Shown here: positions 59,850 to 64,000 of the stretch, piece by piece | Layout: each line of letters opens with the position of its first letter | How positions within the stretch are numbered: position 1 is the stretch's first letter | From: a virus | Strand: one strand, 5' to 3' | Virus record (IMG/VR): IMGVR_UViG_3300001533_000699 | Length of the DNA stretch: 64,000 bases | Position numbers and translations under genes: made by a program | Notes under the pieces: model-generated | The model's database searches: none | The model's input: the letters and a program-made list of their open reading frames with translations, nothing else | Told to the model about the DNA's origin: nothing

Positions 59850-60381
59850 CGGATTGCCTCGTCAACATTTGTCTAAAATATCTATCACGCCTAAAACCCC
59901 ACGGTTGCGCCTCGCCCATTCTCGTACATTTATAGTTGCGAATGCCTCGTAACTCATCATTAACAATTATAAACTGAGCTTTCTCTAGGTCGGGCAAATC
60001 AGTCATATACCCTATCACCATACATAGACCTTGTGGGTCTGCAATCGTTACTCCGATATCACGCCATGCCTTGGGTTCCCAATATACTCTCAGGCGAATA
60101 GTCTCTGTAACCGACACAGACAGAAGACCACGACCCTGGCAACGAGGACAAAGACTATGATTAGTGAAAGGAATGGGACCGCCTGTCTTATATATATTGG
60201 AAGACCTACGACTATAGGGGTCATATACACAGTTATCACATTCCTGAGACTTAGCAGGGAAGGTTAGTGTGCATGTAGACCCTAGTTCACCATCTATTAG
60301 TGCATCAGACATCCACTCATGACGGTCAACTACGTCTGATGGAATCACAAAGTCGCCAAAAGCAGGAATTTTATTTGACAT
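59842..60381 (-). CDS. head closure/adaptor protein (putative)
   Basis: CDNC..CPRC zinc insert, PWGF..RYF; position. Confidence 0.5.
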   Translation of the reverse strand: MSNKIPAFGDFVIPSDVVDRHEWMSDALIDGELGSTCTLTFPAKSQECDNCVYDPYSRRSSNIYKTGGPIPFTNHSLCPRCQGRGLLSVSVTETIRLRVYWEPKAWRDIGVTIADPQGLCMVIGYMTDLPDLEKAQFIIVNDELRGIRNYKCTRMGEAQPWGFRRDRYFRQMLTRQSGG

Positions 60382-60390
60382 ATTCTATGC

Positions 60391-60585
60391 TCATTCTTCA
60401 ACAGTAACTGCTATTGCGGCACTAAAATCAAATCTATCACCCCAACGAGTATTAAGCGCAGCCGCGCCTTCATTTGCCACACTACTATCATAGCTATATG
60501 CCGTACCCTGTGGACTTACACCGACAATACGTGTACCAGTATGATAATCATTAGCGTTAACAGCTTTAGTTACAATGACTGACAT
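60391..60585 (-). CDS. small hypothetical protein
   Basis: GAGG RBS. Confidence 0.55.
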   Translation of the reverse strand: MSVIVTKAVNANDYHTGTRIVGVSPQGTAYSYDSSVANEGAAALNTRWGDRFDFSAAIAVTVEE

Positions 60586-60606
60586 ATTTTACCTCAATTC
60601 TTTCTA

Positions 60607-61242
60607 TTATATATCGCGTCCCAATAAATTATCTAATGCAATAGTACCAGTAGCGCTAGCAGGTATAAGAACAGACTGCCAAAATGTACTTGCGCCACGC
60701 CTAATATTATATGTAGCACCAGGAACTAACTTAGTAAAATACACCATCCCATCGGTATCACTATATTCCGTGCGAAATTCAGTGTTGAAACTTAACCCAC
60801 CATTGCCTGGAGGTTTGGACATTTGTAGTTGAATCGGAATATTAACAGCGAACAAACCAGACTCATCATAACACTGTAAGTAACCAGTGGCAAAACCTAT
60901 GGGACTTGGCGGTATAACCACCTCTTCTCGTGTCGCCTCATCTCCTAAAATATTTGCTAATACAATCGCATTAGCGGTAACGCCACTTACCGTAGCAGTA
61001 GCAAGAAAATGGATAGAGTCACCGCGCTCCCACGTGTCTGGTATAGTAGCAGTAAGTGAATATATGCCAGTAGCACCATCTTGCTTTTCTACCGTAACAG
61101 TTACATCAGTATTGACGGAATTACGCACCAATATTGCTGTAGGCAATACGTCTGCATCAGCTTCGGCACCTGTCGAAGCATTATGTGTAGTAATCTCTGT
61201 GGTAAATACATCACCTGGATATAACATAACATCACACTCCAA
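60607..61242 (-). CDS. Ig-like/beta-sandwich virion protein (putative)
   Basis: TG..ADAD..P, TGIYS; TDGMVYFTKLVPGATY. Confidence 0.5.
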   Translation of the reverse strand: MECDVMLYPGDVFTTEITTHNASTGAEADADVLPTAILVRNSVNTDVTVTVEKQDGATGIYSLTATIPDTWERGDSIHFLATATVSGVTANAIVLANILGDEATREEVVIPPSPIGFATGYLQCYDESGLFAVNIPIQLQMSKPPGNGGLSFNTEFRTEYSDTDGMVYFTKLVPGATYNIRRGASTFWQSVLIPASATGTIALDNLLGRDI

Positions 61243-61255
61243 TTAGCAGGGAAGC

Positions 61256-61648
61256 TTATGCTGTGATTGTTTGACCGGCGTTATATGAATAGCTGTCAAC
61301 ACTTACTGTTTGCCCAGAGTTGATACTAGTATTATCTATGTCCATATCGGAACCACTTGTTGCAACAACGCCACGAAATACTTCTGTCCCAGCCTTGTTT
61401 TTGAACTTAAATAGGTTCGCTGTTCCAGTGGCGATTGCTTCGGCACTTAAACCATCTCCAATATTTAACGCAGCATCAGCAGATGCATCAGCACTACCAA
61501 ATGCTGGGTCGCCAAGGTCTATGCTGACTAATACGGTTGTGTCTTCTAAGATTTCTAGTGTACCGTTAGTTCCAGCCCCACCATCGACCAAATCAACAAC
61601 GGCATCAGTTGCTGCTTGTGCTACGGCCTGTGTATGTGAAATAGACAT
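61256..61648 (-). CDS. putative tail/fibre-associated protein
   Basis: GTA..F, G.V..SG.DM..DNTSI.SGQTV; AGGAG RBS. Confidence 0.55.
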   Translation of the reverse strand: MSISHTQAVAQAATDAVVDLVDGGAGTNGTLEILEDTTVLVSIDLGDPAFGSADASADAALNIGDGLSAEAIATGTANLFKFKNKAGTEVFRGVVATSGSDMDIDNTSINSGQTVSVDSYSYNAGQTITA

Positions 61649-61667
61649 GTTTGCTCCTTATATCTTA

Positions 61668-62921
61668 CTAAACAAAAATTTTTGAATTAAAAATTGGCGA
61701 GTGGAAAATACGTATCGCATATGTTCTATGTATTATACCATTGCCAACGCCATTACTACCTACGCTTACTCCAGTCATAGTTACTTGTGTATGTAATTCG
61801 CCACCACCAACGGCATTGCTATCAACTACACTACCACTCAACACAACACTAGTTGAAGCATCACCACTTGTATATGCTAATCCTCCAACACTACTACCAC
61901 CTAACTGTATATCAGTATTTACTACACCAGTACTTTGCCCATTATTAGCGACACCACGACCAAAAATCGCTCTATCGTCATAAAACAGGCCAATATTTCC
62001 TGTGCTATTAGCATTGTTCGCCAAACCACTACCATTAAGACCAACAACGGCCCTCGCCATACTACTACTTACACCGTTGTTAGCGACACTAGAACCAAAA
62101 GCTCGCACTGTTGATGAAGCACTACCTGAGCTATTAGCGTTATTACCAATACTTGAAGCAGAAAGTTGGTTTTGAACACTTGTATAACCAGATGATATAC
62201 TATTGTTGGTGGTACCTTTTCCGCTTAATGAAGTAATAGTATGTAATGCTCCAACACTATCAGCATTATTAGACGAACTAATGCCCCCAATCGTTGCTAT
62301 AGATTTTACAGCACCAGACCCAACACTATTTTGGCATGTACTACTACCATTAATTAGAACAGATACGCCTATGTTACCGGAACCTGTGCCGTTTTGGCAT
62401 GTTGAGCCACCACCAATGGAGGTTGTTGTTGTAGTTGAACCAACACTAGTGCCGTTTTGACAGGTGGCACCACCACCAATTGACGCGCCAACACTCACAG
62501 CGCCACTATCTGACGCGTTTGCACCACCACCATTTCCACCCAAAGATAAATCAACGCCTAATGAACCATGACTAATAGCGTTTGTGCCACACCCCTCCCC
62601 TGCTAATATTCGCACAGGAAATGACGTAGACACACTGCCTGTACTTACAGCATTGCTATCAATACTATTACCACTCACAGACACTGTGATTTGTATAGTG
62701 CTAGTACTAGTGGCATTAGTCGCTGTACCAGAGCCATCTACTGATATACTAATACTTAGTGAGCCCGACCCATTAGCATTGGTACCTACCCCATTGCCAC
62801 TTATTATAAGAGGGTCTAAGACTACACCAGTGGTCTCAATAATCGTACCCCATCGTGACGGGTAAATCATTAGACCTGTTTCGACTAGTGTGGTGCCATC
62901 AGGCAAGAGATATTGTGACAT
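61668..62921 (-). CDS. Gly/Ser/Thr-rich ~22-aa repeat protein (fibre-like)
   Basis: repeated G-x-x-x-x-x-N-[AG]-x-S-x-G units. Confidence 0.65.
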   Translation of the reverse strand: MSQYLLPDGTTLVETGLMIYPSRWGTIIETTGVVLDPLIISGNGVGTNANGSGSLSISISVDGSGTATNATSTSTIQITVSVSGNSIDSNAVSTGSVSTSFPVRILAGEGCGTNAISHGSLGVDLSLGGNGGGANASDSGAVSVGASIGGGATCQNGTSVGSTTTTTSIGGGSTCQNGTGSGNIGVSVLINGSSTCQNSVGSGAVKSIATIGGISSSNNADSVGALHTITSLSGKGTTNNSISSGYTSVQNQLSASSIGNNANSSGSASSTVRAFGSSVANNGVSSSMARAVVGLNGSGLANNANSTGNIGLFYDDRAIFGRGVANNGQSTGVVNTDIQLGGSSVGGLAYTSGDASTSVVLSGSVVDSNAVGGGELHTQVTMTGVSVGSNGVGNGIIHRTYAIRIFHSPIFNSKIFV

Positions 62922-64000
62922 CAGCTCACCGTAATATCAGGGTCAACATAAACCGTAGTGCTAGGTTTAGCTAAAAAAGCGGTCACTTCAATTGGTCCAC
63001 TTGTTTGTGGTGTGAAAGTCACTTCGGCGTATTGTTTCGTTGGGCTAGAAAGGTCCGTTGTTGTCCAGCCTTCGCTGCTGGTCGAGAGGTTTGCTGCCGT
63101 GGCGAGGATGTCGGCCTTTGCGGACGATTCGATACTGCCTAGCGGATAACTTGCATTTCCAAGGTAGTTCGCTTCAATCCAGAAGTCGCCGTCAGTGAGC
63201 GTTACGCCATCGGTCAGAACCTCGACGCGCACCGTAATGGCCGACCCTTCAGTGGCGTTGTAGCGGGCAACCGGGAAGGACCGCAGCGGCGAATAGAACT
63301 TCGACCGCAGCGGCGAATAGAACTTCGTGTACGCACTCGAAACGAGCTTGTGGCTGTAGCTGGAATCGCTGTTGTCGCGAACGCGAACGGTGTCCTCGGT
63401 GACGGTGCCCTCAAAGCTCTGGTGTGCGTGCCGTATGAAGTTGGTGCCATGGTCGCACTCAACCAGCGTGGCCTTCTTGCCTGCAATAGGAGGCTCAAAA
63501 TTAAACACAGACACCCCGCTCCCAAGGCGACAACGATGGAAGAGAACATCCATCGTACGCACATACGACACAGCACCTAATAACGACTTCCCCGTACCAT
63601 AGATAGACAAGTCAACATTGACAATTTTGAAATGTGTGAGATGGCCAACCAGATTTGAGTGAATAGGAAACGCAATTGGGGAGGGTGAGCCAGTAATGCT
63701 GCCACCCATCCAAGTGAACTCGCAGCACATGACAAAGACCCCACTGTAACCCATAAGGTCCGTTCTGGGATTGGTTAGGGCGACCTCCACATTACGAAAG
63801 ATTACCCGTGTGTCATCCGAAGCATATGTATAGCCTACCATCACAGAGTAGACGTAGACCTCAAAGAGACACGACTCAAAGGTCAGGTCGTGCGTCTTGG
63901 AGTTATCTTCTGCGATCTTAAAAGTTGAATATTGCCCGTTTGAGGTGAACTGTACCCCATAAATATACCCAGTGCCCTGGATGTATAGAGTGGAAGTGCT
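62921..64000 (-). CDS. tail spike/beta-helix-like protein, 5' partial
   Basis: frame is open to the window end; C-terminal FTP..G..V..LAKPSTTVYVDP. Confidence 0.55.
   Translation of the reverse strand, partial: STSTLYIQGTGYIYGVQFTSNGQYSTFKIAEDNSKTHDLTFESCLFEVYVYSVMVGYTYASDDTRVIFRNVEVALTNPRTDLMGYSGVFVMCCEFTWMGGSITGSPSPIAFPIHSNLVGHLTHFKIVNVDLSIYGTGKSLLGAVSYVRTMDVLFHRCRLGSGVSVFNFEPPIAGKKATLVECDHGTNFIRHAHQSFEGTVTEDTVRVRDNSDSSYSHKLVSSAYTKFYSPLRSKFYSPLRSFPVARYNATEGSAITVRVEVLTDGVTLTDGDFWIEANYLGNASYPLGSIESSAKADILATAANLSTSSEGWTTTDLSSPTKQYAEVTFTPQTSGPIEVTAFLAKPSTTVYVDPDITVS
63279..63326. repeat. 24-bp perfect tandem duplication
   Basis: GACCGCAGCGGCGAATAGAACTTC x2, encoding KFYSPLRS x2. Confidence 0.92.

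Noticed and set aside
63279-63326. 24-bp repeat as a CRISPR or DGR element
   Set aside because: Two adjacent copies with no spacer, in frame within a CDS; no reverse transcriptase in the window.
402-63602. Many antisense or nested ORFs in the six-frame track (e.g. 4731-5423, 3444-3929, 48631-49065)
   Set aside because: They are shadows of well-supported genes and lack RBS or motifs.
1-64000. tRNA/rRNA genes, integrase or att sites, host assignment
   Set aside because: Intergenic gaps are short and show no cloverleaf, and no integrase was seen. The host cannot be supported from this window alone.

Overview
64 kb segment of a large tailed dsDNA phage genome (Caudoviricetes, long-tail type). 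It is AT-rich, uses the standard genetic code and is very densely coded. Two arms converge at ~30155. The plus arm (1-30153) carries replication and recombination genes: RecA/UvsX-like recombinase, DnaB with an Ala-initiated class 3 (WCT) LAGLIDADG intein, a primase broken by a -1 frameshift at an A9 run, dNMP kinase, a PD-(D/E)XK exonuclease, a DnaE polymerase split into two genes 2.5 kb apart (second half with a mini-intein), a DEDDh exonuclease, a macrodomain and a SemiSWEET-like protein. These are followed by a ~9 kb cluster of glycosyltransferase, sulfotransferase and nucleotidyltransferase genes. The minus arm (30160-64000) is a virion morphogenesis region: head-tail joining proteins, tail tube, chaperones, a ~3,730-aa tape measure protein, Cys-rich tail-tip proteins and a Hef-like homing endonuclease at the convergence point. 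The best candidate for an undescribed system is the tape measure protein. It is built like a cassette polyprotein: about ten [FYMHLA]-x-x-G-G-x-V motifs, four of them heading D-T-V-P-A-x-L-x-x-GEFV-type modules, bracket unrelated cargo segments that include two HExxH zincin proteases. No tRNA, rRNA or CRISPR array was recognised. All calls come from motifs read by eye; no database searches were run.
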